The notes below the pieces were generated by a model. The model was given only the letters and a program-made list of their open reading frames with translations. It searched no databases and was not told the DNA's origin. A program made the translations under genes and the position numbers. From positions 22,196,001 to 22,260,000 of the forward strand of contig OX597819.1 of NCBI GenBank assembly GCA_951406725.2: DNA of 64,000 nucleotides, read 5' to 3'. Below are positions 14,321-28,115 of the stretch, piece after piece. The stretch comes from Octopus vulgaris. Lineage: Eukaryota. Every line of letters starts with the position of its first letter. The first letter of the stretch is position 1.

Positions 14321-16640
14321 TTCAAAAAGACCAGTTAATTGATTCCTTCCAACGCCCAGAGTTTTCCCGAGGATACCGCCATTCTTGTTCGCCACTAATC
14401 TTCTATACAACTCCATAGTTGAACTTCCACCGACCACGATGCCCGTCTGGCAAAAACTTGTGGGCACTTGTGAACTCTCCAAGTGCCAAGCCTTCTTTCT
14501 AGGTTTACACTTGATTCGGGACAGTAGTTCCCTCAAAGAGACGAACTCCGGAAAATCCTGTCCGACTGACGGCGACTACACCCTCTCACCGTTTCGAAAG
14601 CCCTGGAGATATCGCAGTGTTAGCGCATGCCTGTGCATCATTAGCCACAGCATGCCCAGTCCTCCACTCAGCATCAGTTGTGAACAGATGAAGCGTCTGA
14701 TGAACGGAACATGTCCACTCCACAGAAGGCGAAAGAGCAAGCGCTCCAGCTTTATCAGGACAAGAAACGACGATCAGGCAGTAGTAGATGACGGAGATGA
14801 TGTATGTATTCGCCACCTTCACCCGACCCTTCATGGATAGCTTCTTCTCTGCTAACTTCTGGGTGAGAGTGGCTGCCGTATTCGTCACCTCCCTCCAGCT
14901 TTTCTCTACTTGGAGATCTGGACCAGAACAAACCCCAAGTAATTTAACCCGTCCTTCTGTCCAGCACCCTACCCAGGTGGCGAGCTGCAGGCCCATCGAC
15001 TTTTCCTTTCACTGCTTCGTACCAACTTAAAGTAGCGCCGATCACCTCGATTTTTGAGCTGTCCTACACTATTACAGTGACGTCGTTCGCATAGGCCGAC
15101 ACGAACTTTCCACATTCTAGATCACTGTGAGATGCCCCTCGAAATATCCAACTTCCTTAGCAACGGCTCGAGTGCCAACACGTACAGAAGAGGAGAGAGT
15201 TGTCATCCTTGTCTGATTGAACGAGCGATGATAGACGGTTCCTATAGGTAGTCCTTCATTTTGACCACCGAACAGATATCGCCGTACTTTGCAGTGATCT
15301 ACCCTCTGAAAACAAGACCGAAGCCAGCCGCCACCAGGACAGCAACCAAGTACTAATGATCGACCCTGTCGAAAGCTTTTGATTAATTTAAATTGATCAG
15401 GGACACACCCAGGTCATGTTCCTGAGCTACGCTCTCTATGTAGGACGTGAGGTGGAAGTTGTGGATAAATCTGCTATGGATAACGACTGTCTGCGTGTCA
15501 CCGACCAACTTATCGACAAGCGTAACATCTTGGCCAAAATCTTATAATCTGCGTTATAATCTGTGGTGTGGGCCTAAAATCATTTATTAGGTCTCCCTTG
15601 TTCGGGTCCTTTCTCAGTAACACCGCCTCGCCACGGCTCACAGCACTGTGTCTTCTCTCGTTCTGTTGCCAGTTGCGGTAGACATCCGCCAAGTGATCAC
15701 CGAACAAGTCAGGTAAATGTAGATAAAGTTCGAAGTGCAGACCATTCTTTCCCTGAAACCTCACTTGTGCAACCCGTCATCACATCCTGTATGTCTTTAT
15801 CGGCTGTTATCGACCCTTAGCAGAACTTTACCTCCCTGGCGGAAAGGTGTGACATGCTGACAGAGTAGGAAGTGAAATCCACTTCAATCCTCGACATACC
15901 GCGTGCCCCGAACAGTTCGGGGGAATTCTGCTGATATTGTGTACACATTTGTTTGGATTCGTGGAGCATGCACCCTTTCTGGCGTATCAAAGTTCGAATT
16001 GCGGCTTTGTTGCCATGCTGCTCCTCCATCTCCCAGGCCCATCGAATGGCTTTTGTCCCCCTCATGCCTTACACCCGAGCTCTAACAACGCAACCTTTGT
16101 GCTTGGCATTGGAGAATGATCAAGTGCCAATCTCTCCGCCGCTCTTTTCAGGACTATTCACATATGGTTGTTGACCACACCCAACAACTTCCGATGGACT
16201 AACTTGCTAACCTGGTTCCTGAATGCTTGACGCACCGGGAAAGACACGTTCAGCTTCCAGTTCCGGGAGTCCTACCTATGTGCCCTATGGGTCCATGCAG
16301 ATCACAAAATGTGGTCTGAGTAGGCGAAGACTTTCAAGAGTAGACAACCTTTGCTATTTTGTCTACTGGCCTACAGAATACCGTATCTAGATAAAACCCG
16401 GTGCTGTTTGTCCATGTTCACATTGGCACATTCAGGAAATCCAGTCGGTACCTGTCAGCCAGTTGGAAGCGGCTGAGCAGGTTTGTGAGTCTTTTATACC
16501 CACCCTTCTTGTCGGCTAGCCCTACCCCGTCCACATGTGCATCCAAAATGGCCTTCCAATCGCTCACTAGTACTAAAGAGCGTAACGTCCCAAGAAAACA
16601 CTACAGGGGTCTGACGAAATCCGGCTTCCCCGTCCCAGGC
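14320..16640 (-). mobile_element. decayed Tx1/L1-clade LINE ORF2 (APE + RT)
   Basis: LVLVSDWKAILD (GDFN-like), LLRKDPNKGDLINDFRP, KAFDRVD, SAYAND, KLLGV..GPDLQVEKSW, KKLSMKGRVKVAN. Confidence 0.8.
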
Positions 16641-16730
16641 TGTGACGGGGAAGCCGGATTTCGTCAGACCCCTGTAGTGTTTTCTTGGGACGTTACGCTC
16701 TTTAGTACTAGTGAGCGATTGGAAGGCCAT
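16548..16730. repeat. perfect 87-bp inverted repeat (fold-back), 9-nt spacer
   Basis: 16548-16634 is the exact reverse complement of 16644-16730. Confidence 0.95.
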
Positions 16731-16799
16731 GTATATATACATGTAGATGTAGGTACGTACATATATGTTTGTATGTATGCATATCTTTTTTATTTATCG

Positions 16800-16867
<68 letters not shown>

Positions 16868-16871
<4 letters not shown>

Positions 16872-16933
16872 CAAAATAAGCAACAAGAATGATTCGAAAT
16901 TACGGGAGTCATTCTTGTTGCTTATTTTGATTA
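16868..16933. repeat. perfect 25-bp inverted repeat, 16-nt spacer
   Basis: taatcaaaataagcaacaagaatga / tcattcttgttgcttattttgatta. Confidence 0.9.
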
Positions 16934-17024
16934 TAATCACCCCACAGATTTTTATGGATAACACCATACAGAATTCTGGTGCATCTAAATTAAGTACCAT
17001 ATTCATTTGAATCTAAATTTTTGC

Positions 17025-17076
<52 letters not shown>

Positions 17077-17799
17077 TAATAATGCGTTTTGAATTGCACA
17101 ACTATGCACTATAACAACAACAATGGATTATAACTGTTGTAATTTAATAATCCATTGTCTGATATAGTATTTCGGAATATAAAAATTCCGAAATGTGTTG
17201 CTGGGTTAGCAACACATCTGATAAATAATATTATTTTATATTCCAGTTTTGAGATACTGTGTAATCTACTCTCTCATGAGGAGGGAAACTTCAAGATGGA
17301 AAGCAATAGGATAGACAGCAACAGATATGTGCAAAAACAGAACAAGAAGTGGGTGAAAGAACAAAAGCAACTCTCATTGCTTACGTGTCGAAAAATTGTC
17401 GAAAGCGGAAAAACAGCCATAAAAGATTTTAAAATTCTTTCTTATAAATAATATTTCATACTCTAGTCTTTATATCTTTTACATCTTTGTAGCTACCCTT
17501 TCAGGAGGAGAAGGTATAAGAGATGGGGATAGACAGCAAAATATATGTGCAATGATCGAAGTGTTGAGCTGTGAAACAAAACCAACTTTCGTTGGTTATA
17601 TGAACTTTCAAATAGTAGAAAAGATGTCGAAATAAGGAAAACCCATGTCAGAGATTTTTAAATTAAAGGAGCAAACGAATCAAATGAACGAGGTTCTCTC
17701 GGACGCTATTAAGTAAAATATTTACGCTGAACCTATGATTAAGAGTGAAAAACCATTAACTAAAAGAATCTCATCCTGATAGATATTATCAGTATTATT

Positions 17800-19150
17800 A
17801 AAATTATCTACGAATGATTCTGAGAACACGGCAAACGAAATCATTGAAAGGCTTGGAAAACAATTCTAATGGTCAGTACAAAAAAAAACCACTGAATGGA
17901 ATTATTCTTGAAAATTTCCCTTCAGACAAAGATATGATGCCCTTGATGCTTTGCCAAAACATCAATTTTCTACAATGGTACAGAAGAAACTTCTAGCGAA
18001 ATTGCTGTTACACCACGTTGATCCTGGGATCACAAAGGAAAACGTTATAAGTATTATACGAGAAATGAACCACGATTTGGTTGAATTAATGGCGGATGAG
18101 GAGCCGCCCCTTCAAATCATACATCCCAGAAAAAACAAAAACGGAGGTATTAATTATGCTCTTAAATAAGGCGGTGTGCTGGCAGAAATGTTAGCACGCC
18201 GGGCGAAATGCGTAGCCGTATTTCGTCTGCCGCTATGTTCTGAGTTCAAATTTCGCCGAGGTCGAGTTTGCCTTTCATTCTTTCAGGGTTGATTAAATAA
18301 GTACCAGTTACGCACTGGGGTCGATATAATCGACTTATTCCATTTGTCTATCCTTGTTTGTCCTCTCTGTGTTTAGCCCCTTGTGGGTAGTAAAGAAATA
18401 GGTAAAGGCGGCGAGCTGGCAGAATCATTAGCACGCCGGGCGATGTGATTTGTGGTATTTCGACCGCCGCTGCGTTCTTAATTCAAATTCCGCCGAGGTC
18501 GACTTTACCTTTCATCCTTTCGGGGTCGATTAAATAAGTACCAGTTACGCACTGGGGTCGATATAATCGACTTAATCCGTTTGTCTGTCCTTGTTTTTCC
18601 TCTCTGTGTTTAGCCCCTTGTGGGTAGTAATGAAATAGGTCTGCCGTTACGGTCCGAGGTCGACTTTGCTTTTCATCTTTTGGTGATCGATTAAATAAGT
18701 ACCATTTAGGCACTGAGGTCGATGTAATCGACTTAATCCTTAAACCCAAATTCGAGGCCATTTACCCTCAATAGAAAGGATTAATTATGTTCTTGAATGC
18801 AAATCAAACAATGCAAAATGGTAAATTTTATTGGTTTGAGAAGCTGATCCGTGACTCGGAATTATCCTATTACACAATGCCGCAAATACCACCACAATGC
18901 ATCTGTTTACAAGAAGAATAATATATGTGGTTGCTACAAAAAAAAAGTAGGTAATATAATTAGGAAAGAGGTTGGAATGTCCAATAATTATTTTATAACG
19001 ATAGGAAAAAAAAATTAGAAAACGCATTCCGATTCCTAAGGGAAACCAGAACTTGTTCAGTTCCATGAAACAGAGCCGTGCACTCAACGTATATGTCCGT
19101 GACTGATGAAGCGGAAGCAGAATCATCACTTAAGTACACACACAAAGAAT
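17800..19150 (+). mobile_element. degenerate gag-like LINE ORF1 relic, interrupted by SINEs
   Basis: LLLHHVDPGITKENVISIIREMN...NYALK, then NGK.IGLRS.SVTRNYPITQCRKYHH (decayed zinc-knuckle region). Confidence 0.45.
18170..18740 (+). mobile_element. tandem array of family-A SINEs (two full copies, one partial)
   Basis: units at ~18170-18400, 18407-18640 and 18641-18740. Confidence 0.9.
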
Positions 19151-19819
19151 CTAACAGTATTGATAATGTTTCTAGAAAATATATAATTATAACATTGGAT
19201 CAATATTGAATGTTATCATCAACCCATGAACTAAAATTTTTTTAGCAATGTGTCGAAATCGGACAATTTGCTGAAGAAGTAATCCCTGTTTTTAAAAAAG
19301 CATGAAAATGTATCTAATGTCACACAAAATATCAATGCGTTCGAGAATGCAGTGCAAAGTTAAACATTGTTGGTCCCAGCTCGACGTTGATGGCTTTCTT
19401 TGATGGCAACGTACAATCTTCTATTATTAATCTCTTATTGAACATTATTGCTTAGCGTCGATAAGGTAATAGTTAAGTTATTTATTAGGTTCACAAAGTA
19501 TCTTACAATTATAACTGTAGTCATAAATCTCTCTGGCTGTGCACCAGTAGACGTGTCAACCGAGCCAGTCACATAACAACCTCACAGTCAGCAAAAAATG
19601 AATGGAGACTAACCTGAATAGAGAAAAATGCGCATTTTATTGTGCGATTATGTCAGGTCATATCTTCTTTTCCTAAACTTTTCTACTGCACGCTGGGAAT
19701 ACTCTGTAGGAAGTCCAAGTTTATTACATTACATATAATGCAAACTTAGCTGTAATTTGAACATTGCAACATTTATTTCTATGGGCTTTTAATATTCTAT
19801 TAATTACTACCATATATAT

Positions 19820-22360
19820 ATCATCATCATCGTCATCATCATCATCATCGTTTAACGTCCGCTTTCCATGCTAGCATGGGTTGGACGGTTCAACTGGGGT
19901 CTGGGAAGCCCGAAGGCTGCACCAGGCCAGTCAGATCTGGCAGTGTTTCTACAGCTGGATGCCCTTCCTAACGCCAACCACTCCGTGAGTGTAGTGGGTG
20001 CTTTTTATGTGCCACCGACACATGTGCCAGACGAGGCTGGCGAACGGCCACGCTCGGATGGTGATTTTTACATGCCAGGCGAGGCTGGCAACGGCCACGA
20101 TCGGATGGTGTTTGTTATGTGCCACCAGCACGGAGGCCAGTCAATGCGGTGCTGGCTACGGCCACGTTCGGATGGCTCTCTTATGTGCCACCGGCACTGG
20201 TACCACAACTACAAATTCCATTGATGTTGATCGATTTCGATTTTTATTTGATTTTTTTTTTTTTTTTCACTTGCCTCAACAGGTCTACACAATTAGAGTT
20301 ATGCGTCCCAAGAAGGAAGGTATGCACAGGTGGACTGACTACGTCCCAGGTAGGGGCCACAGGTTATGGCCTCACTTGTCCTGCCGGGTCTTCTCACGCA
20401 CAGCATACTTCCAAAGGTTTCGGTCTCTGGTCATTTCCTCGGTGAGACCTAAAGAGCGAAGGTCGTGCTTCACCACCTCGTCCCAGGTTTTTCTAGGTCT
20501 ACCTCTTCCATAGGTTCCCTCAACCGCTAGGGTGTGGCACTTTTTCACACAACTATCTTCATCCATTCTTACCACGTTTCCATACCAGCGTAGACGCCTC
20601 TCTTGCACACCACATCTGATGCTTCTTAAGTTCAACTTTTCTCTCAAGGCATTTACACTCTGTCGGGTATGAACACTGATATTACACATCCATCGGAGCA
20701 TACTGGCTTCATTTCTTGCAAGCTTACGCATATCCTCAGCAGTCACGGCCCATGTTTCACTGCCATGTAGCATGGCTGTTCGTACACGTGCGTCATACAG
20801 TCTGCCTTTTATTCTGAGCAAGAGGCCTTTTGTCACCAGCAGAGGTAAGAACTCTCTGAACTTTGCCCAGGCTATTTTTACTCTAGCAGTTACACTTTCG
20901 GCACACCCGCCTCCGCTACTGACTTGATCACCTAGGTAACGGAAACTATCAAGTATTTCTAGTTTTTCTCCCTGGAATGTGGCGGAAGATGGTCTCTGCG
21001 CATTTTCAGTGTTTATTGCACCAGAGCATCTACCACATACAAAAACTATATTCCTAGTTAGCCTTCCTTTGACATTGCTGCACCTCGTATGTGTCAATAG
21101 CTTACACTTGGTGCATCTTATAGAGTTCCTACCTACGCCTTTTCTACAGATCGAGCAGGGCCATCTACCTGAAGGCGTTTGTGATTTGTCTACCTTCCTA
21201 CTTATTAGGACTTTGGTTTTAGCTAGGTTGACTCTAAGGCCCTTCGATTCTAATCCTTGCTTCCACGTCTGAAACTTCTCCTCCAGTTCTGATAGTGACT
21301 CAGCAATTAGAGCAAGGTCATTAGCATAGAGGAGCTCCCAGGGGCATCCTCTCTTGAATTCCTCCGTTATTGCCTGGAGGGCTATGATAAATAGGAGGGG
21401 GCTGAGGACTGAGCCTTGGTCGACCCCAACCTCAACCCGGAATTCTTCACTGTACTCGTTGCCAACCCTCACCTTACTAACAGCATCCCTGTACATGGCT
21501 CGCACAGCTCTCACTAACCATTCATCTATCCCTAGTTTCCTCATTGACCACCAGACAAGGGATCAGGGGACCCTGTCAAAGGATTTCTCCAAGTCAACGA
21601 AAGCCAGGTACAGAGTTTTATCTTTGGCTAGGTATTTCTCCTGCAGCTGTCTCACCAGAAATATGGCATCGGTGGTGCTTTTCCCTGGCACGAAACCAAA
21701 CTGCATCTCGTCCAGGTTGACTCTCTCCCTAATCAGCTGGGCTATGACCCTTTCCGTAACCTTCATTACCTGATCCAACAGCTTGATACCTCTGTAATTA
21801 CTTGTATCTAGGGCATCACCTTTACCTTTGTAGCAGTTGACTATTATGCTACTACACCAGTCATTGGGTATGACTCCTTCGTGTATCACCTGGTTAAGTA
21901 TACGGGTGACTAGGCTATAGCCGATACTGCCAGATATTTTGAACATCTCAGCAGTAATTCCTGATGGGCCTGGGGCTTTCCCTGTCTTCATGCTTCTAAT
22001 TGCCTTAACTACCATGGAACTGTCAACTCGGATAGCTGGTCCCTCTATTGGGTCGACATTCGGCAGACTCTCTTTATCCCATTCATTCTCTTTGTTGAGC
22101 AACCTTTTATAGTGGCATCTTCAAACCTCTCTCTTTGCATCCTCATTTAGTGCAAGTGAAACATCATCCATGCAGACACATTTCTCTCCTACCACATCAC
22201 GATTCTCTCGCACACACTGTCTTGCAGCACGAAATACTTCAAATCTTTGGTCCTCACGGCGCAGAGCATTGGCAAATATTTTTTCTTATCTGCTTCCCCT
22301 CTGGCTAAATAAAACTGTCTCCTAGCTTCTCTTTTCGTAGTCTGATACAATTTCCTACTA
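19820..22360 (-). mobile_element. RTE-clade LINE, 5'-truncated, relatively young, with (ATG)n tail
   Basis: ORFs 21563..22102 and 20372..21544: KAPGPSG, QFGF.PG.STTDAIF, AFVDLEK, QGSVLSPLLF, LLYANDL (YADD mutated), RGRPRKTW; 3' UTR with ~50-bp tandem repeats; (CAT)n at 19821-19850. Confidence 0.92.
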
Positions 22361-22385
22361 CCGCCAATATATATATGTATGTATG

Positions 22386-22443
<58 letters not shown>

Positions 22444-22449
22444 CATATA

Positions 22450-22749
22450 TAAAATCACAATAAGGGTGAAAAAATTGAATATTAATTAATAACATCATTT
22501 TAAAACACCAAGTGGCCTAGCGTATAAAGACTGAGATACAGTAAAAAATCTATTAACGGTGAAACAATTGAGAACATTTCTTTATGTTCTCAAACCGGCA
22601 GTAAATTACTGGGGTAGTGTTTACATCCGGTTTTTCCGAGAATGAGGATATTTGAACATAACTGCAGTGGTAGATTCCCTTCGTGCATCTATATCTAGCG
22701 TTAGAGTGACCACATGTGGACTCTCTCTCATTAGTGACCACATGTACTC

Positions 22750-22752
<3 letters not shown>
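22450..22752. mobile_element. short element in (TA)n, same family as 36340-36560
   Basis: aataagggtgaaaaaattgaatattaattaata...aacaccaagtggcctagc matches the reverse complement of 36495-36560. Confidence 0.5.
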
Positions 22753-22801
<49 letters not shown>

Positions 22802-22886
22802 ATATATATCGATATATGTATATGTATATACACATATATCTGTCTGTCTGTAAGTTTCTCTGTCTCTGTCTCTCTCTGTCTCCCTC

Positions 22887-22928
<42 letters not shown>

Positions 22929-22932
<4 letters not shown>

Positions 22933-23600
22933 GTTGGCAACTAAGTTCCTGCCGTTTTCTAAAATTTGGGAATTTATTGGGTTTTTAAATTTTAGAATCT
23001 ATTTTTTTTTTCTAGTTAATTTTAGTTAATTTTTGATTATTTTCAGATTATTAAAATGGAATGTCAAGTTAAGAAAAACGACCATTTTCGACACCTCCTT
23101 CTTTGTGATTTTAATCAAGGTTCTAAGGCTGCAAAAGCTGATCGCGACATTTGTGCTGTTTATGGAGAGGGTACCATAGCTGAAAGAAGCGTTCGTGATT
23201 GGTATGCCAAGTTCAAAAATGGAAATTTTGACCTCAAAGACGCACTTCATTCTGGCTGTCCAGTTGAGTTCGATGAAGAGCGATTAAACCAACTTTTGCA
23301 CGAAAATTCTCGTCAAACGACAAGGGAAGTGGCAGAGGAATGGAATGCTCCCACACTGATATGGAGAAGCATCTTCGCTCGATAGGAAAGGTTCAGAAGT
23401 ATGGGGCATGGGTTCCGCATGCTTTAAGTGACAACAACAAAGATCAACGAGCCACAATCTCTGCTGGTTTGCTTGCTCCACACCGCTCAACTTATGGACA
23501 CAAGCAACGATTTCTTTACGGAATCGTTACTGGCGAATATGAAGCAGCGTAAGGAATGGCTTAGCCCCAATAAACAAGCAACTCCGCGCGTGAAAGAAGA
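22929..23600 (+). mobile_element. mariner transposon 5' part (pseudogene)
   Basis: TA|ttgggttggcaactaagttcc TIR; MECQVKKNDHFRHLLL...WYAKFKNGNFDLKD...WVPHAL. Confidence 0.88.
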
Positions 23601-24330
23601 TACATTTACCAAAATTACATAAAGATGTCTTGAAATGCCAAGGAGTAAATTTATTCAATAAAATCGCCATTGGCTTCAACCTCGGCCCCATACGACTTCG
23701 GTCTCCCTGTTTAAATTGGTGAATGCCACCATAATCCTTGCTTTTAGTTCATCTTTGGTGTTACAAGGAGTTTTGTTGGTCTCTCGCTCAACTGCGATTC
23801 AGACATGATAATAAGCGTGGTTGCAGTCTGGGGAGTTAGGTGGTCAAATGTTAGGGGCTATGTCGTCGCAGAAATATATTTCTTTACTACCCACAAGGGG
23901 CTAAACATAGAGGGGACAAACAAGAACAGACAAAGGGATTAAGTCGATTACATCGACCCAGTGCGAAACTGGTACTTTATTTATCGACCCCAAAGGATGA
24001 AAGGCAATGTCGACCTCGGCGGAATTTGAACTCAGAACGTAACGACAGACGAAATACGGCTACGCATTTCGCCCGGCGTGCTAACGTTTCTGCCAGCTCG
24101 TTGCCTCGCAGAAATAGTCTGACAGCCATCTGACAGCCATGATTGGGTCCTACTGCTTGTGTAGCATGGTGCAGAGTCCTGTTGCCAGACATAGAGGCTT
24201 CCAGTAGCCACCTTCTTGATCTAGGACAGCACTACCGTGTGGAGTCTGATGGTGTATTGGAAGATGAATGGAGGTGTAACGACGCCATCACTTGTAATCA
24301 CCCGAAACCCAATGATGTTGACTGGATGTT
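23600..24330 (-). mobile_element. maT/DD37D-like Tc1/mariner relic interrupted by a SINE
   Basis: minus strand reads FCDDIAPNI*PPNSPDCNH.YYHV. Confidence 0.65.
23878..24105 (-). mobile_element. family-A SINE with 11-bp TSD tcgcagaaata
   Basis: family consensus match; TSD on both sides. Confidence 0.9.
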
Positions 24331-24618
24331 TGATTTTTATCACTCTCGGTACCTGTCATCAGATTGCACTGCCCGCAGATTGACGCCGAAACACTAAGAA
24401 ACGTTCGTGTTGGAGCTTACGGCGCGAATGCCAATCAATGCAACGTGTCGTTTCCAAATTTCTGGCAGAGCGAATTGCTTCATGGAACTGTTTTTCTAAC
24501 AGACTGTACCTATCTGATCGTACTATACTGCGTAGTCGACAAGCCCAAAACGAGACATTGCGCATGTGCAAAATTATACATATAAAATGGCGACAATTTA
24601 CCCATCGCAAACGCTGTG

Positions 24619-24685
<67 letters not shown>

Positions 24686-24689
24686 ACAT

Positions 24690-25550
24690 ATATGTGACAA
24701 TTATTCGGTAGCCATGATAAAACTCCGACTTTCGGATGTCGGGGAGGAAACCCACACCGTCATCTCTTCAGTTATCCGGCCATCCCAAAAAATGCTATGA
24801 ATATGACCGTTAAAACAAAGGGAAATTGTTGTGTGATTGACCGTTATTAAGACAAAAGAGCAATTAGAATGACCACTAAGTAAGGGGAGGTGGTAAAAAT
24901 GTTCATAGTAATTCCGTAAGCGCCCATGTCCATACATACGTATGGGCGCCCACATACCCACGTACATGCACCTATATGTATATACTCATCCACGCTCACT
25001 TGAAACACACACATGCTCACCCACACATTCGCCATAAAATATATACATACACACGTCGATATACGCACATGTACAAGAAAATACAGGGCTAAAGGCAACA
25101 TTCAGAAAAATGTATAAAAAAGTGTAAAAAAATAAGCAATAAGAGTAAAACACGTCTATAAACGCACATACTCGCATGCACGCACACACACGTCTAATAT
25201 ACGCACATACCCGCAAACGTGAGCGGGTATGTGCGTATATGTGCGTATACTTTACTCCCTTACCTTTACTCCCTTCCCTTACTTAGCGGTCATTCTAATA
25301 GCTCTTTTGTCTTAATAACAGTCAATCACATAGTAAGTTCCCTTTGTTTTAACGGTCATTTTCATAGCATTTTTTGGATGACCCGATAACTGAAGAGATG
25401 CCGACGTGGGCTTCCGCCCCGACATCCAAAACTCGAAGTTTTCCCATGGCTACCGAATAATTGTCACATATTATATTTACAGAAAATTCCTCTATTTACA
25501 TAACATCGAGGTCTCTTTCATTCTTTTGTTGTCTTGCCATTTCTGTCAAT
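24690..25550. mobile_element. Penelope-like element with inverted pLTR arms (~200 bp) in microsatellite
   Basis: 24690-24890 is an inverted copy of ~25270-25472; the tail 25450-25550 recurs at 31380-31480. Confidence 0.75.
24716..24776 (-). ncRNA. minimal hammerhead-ribozyme motif (mirror copy at 25385-25445, +)
   Basis: gataa-CTGAAGA-gatg...catc-c-GAAA-gtcggag-TT-ttatc; stem I pairs fully. Confidence 0.6.
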
Positions 25551-25785
25551 ATATATATATATATATAGGTTATGAGAGGTAATGGTGTCAATAAGACCCA
25601 AAGGGTGTCAGGTAATGCTGAGTAAGTGCTATGGGTAGATCATAGTTAAACTCCAGGTCTATAATTATGCGAAAAAGGCGTCTAATGTAGGTCATATATC
25701 AGCGTGTGTATATATATATTTTTTTTCAGAATGAGATAAAAAAAAACTAAGGCTGTGAAGATTTTAGAATATTTATAAATAGTAG

Positions 25786-25833
25786 GTCTTACAGCTGTTT
25801 CCAGGATATTTATTATATTCCTACATCGGAGAC
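25786..25833 (-). ncRNA. degenerate minimal hammerhead motif
   Basis: gtct-CCGATGT-agga...tcct-g-GAAAC-agct-GTA-agac; palindromic stem III, mutated core. Confidence 0.55.
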
Positions 25834-26085
25834 GGTGTGAGAAAATGGTTAAGCAATAGTCAATTTAGATAAGATACGAAATAGAGAGTGAAGTGGAGGA
25901 ATGAAAATAGATGTAATCTACATATGTAATATGTAGATCCATTATTTAGGCAGAATGGTATACATATAAGATTCCAAAATCTTGTGAGAAAAATTCCAAC
26001 AGTATTTAAACATTTAAACTTGTCATTCCAAATAAAACAAATAAAAGAAAAAATAGATATATACATATATACATACATACATACA

Positions 26086-26159
<74 letters not shown>

Positions 26160-26338
26160 CTCAAGCCAACGGTATCTTGATTAAATGAAGTATACTTTGT
26201 TGTAAGGAGATACATGTTGACATATGGAGGATTTGATCAGAATGTGTAGAGAGCACGGTAAGATTGGAGAATACAAATGGGAAAAGCCATACACCTTGAT
26301 CATTCGATCTCAAATTTATATATGTGCATATATATATG

Positions 26339-26433
<95 letters not shown>

Positions 26434-27401
26434 ATATTATAAAAAGTTAATAAAAGAAAATGGGGAAGAGTAAATATAATGGATACTTGATTCATATTAT
26501 TTGTATCACAATAGAAAAGTAATGCTAAGTAAAAGTGATACCTAAGTGAATGGGGATAAAACCAGTTGGCATATCCTCAAAATGTGTGTGTATGTGTGTG
26601 TGTGTGTGTAGATAGATAGAGAGATATATATAGATAAATAGATAAAGATGCACACGTGCGCGCGCGCGTTTATTGATTCATCGAAAAGTGGTAAATTATA
26701 AAACTCAATATGCAACTGTATCGTATTTTTTAATATGTTATAACTGAAATGTTAATAATTCTAGTTCTCTTAGTTTCATGTTTTCTATCATTCTGTACGT
26801 AACTCAAACTTATTCCTTAGAATTATCTGTTGTTTGAATATATGAAAAATTATTTGAAATATTATTCGGAAGGCTTTGCAGATAAAATTCCAGATATTAT
26901 GAGGAATTTTCTCAAACGTTTCCTCAATATTGTTTTCTAGCAACAGGAATGGTATCCGACTGAGGCGTCTCAGCATGCAAACCAAAACTGCTCAACTTCA
27001 TTCATGGTCACTCATAGAAGATTGTCAAAAATATATATCCGTCAGTCAGTCATTAAAGAAAATCGCAAGTCCTCGATGCTTTCAAAATCTGTAAATTTAA
27101 CTGCACAATGTTTCCTATTTGTGGAACCTACCAGACCATTATATTTCTTCCAATGATTGATATAATATCATCACCCCACCTTATATATTCATATATTTAT
27201 CTTTTTCTTCTTACATTTATTCTGATTTAAGTCTTGGCTGCGACCGTGCAAGAGCTCTGAAGTCATTAGTTGACCAAATCGACCCTAGGATATTTTTGTA
27301 ATCTATCGATTACTGCTATGATATGCCTACGTAAAAACCAGTTGTCAAGCAGTGGAGGGGGACAAACAGAAGACACGCACACATAAATATACATCTATAT
27401 A

Positions 27402-27436
<35 letters not shown>

Positions 27437-27437
27437 G

Positions 27438-27720
27438 GAGACCCCCTTCGGTCATGAATGACCATGGGATTGCACCTAGAAAGTAACCCTCCGAGGTACA
27501 AGTCCGGACAAGACTGTTGATATTATCCAAGGGAAAGGGTAAGGGGCCGATACAGCTTGGCACCAGTGATGTCGCAACTCATTTCTAGAGGTGAGTTAAC
27601 TGGAGCAACGTGAAAAAAAAGTGTCTTGCTCAGGAACACAACACGCAGACCGGTCAGGGAATCGAACTCACAACCTCACGATTGTAAGCCGGACGCTCTA
27701 ACCACTGAGCCATGCGCCTT
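27438..27720 (-). mobile_element. tRNA-derived SINE, family D
   Basis: ggcgcatggctcagtggttagagcg...gagttcgattccc on the minus strand. Confidence 0.8.
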
Positions 27721-27743
27721 CACACACTGACACACACACACAT

Positions 27744-27860
<117 letters not shown>

Positions 27861-28115
27861 CAAATTAGAGATAAAACCACTATTAGGCAAATCAAACAGT
27901 GAAAAACATAAGCCAATACATAAAATTAATTTTAAAATATAAAAGTTAAAAATAAAAAATTATTTAAATAATTTAAACTTATAAATTTTATATATATATA
28001 TACAAATATATATATGTATGTATATATATTTTCATATTTATATATTATTTTATTAATTAATTTTTTTTTTTTTAAATATCAAAAGTATTAAAAGTTTAAT
28101 AAAAGATAAAGAGTA

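Noticed and set aside
20020-20200. CRISPR-like repeat array
   Set aside because: Degenerate tandem repeats inside the RTE 3' UTR; no unique spacers or cas genes; eukaryotic context
20372-22102. 390-aa and 179-aa ORFs as a host gene or an active RT
   Set aside because: 5'-truncated RTE LINE with a frameshift and YADD mutated to YAND
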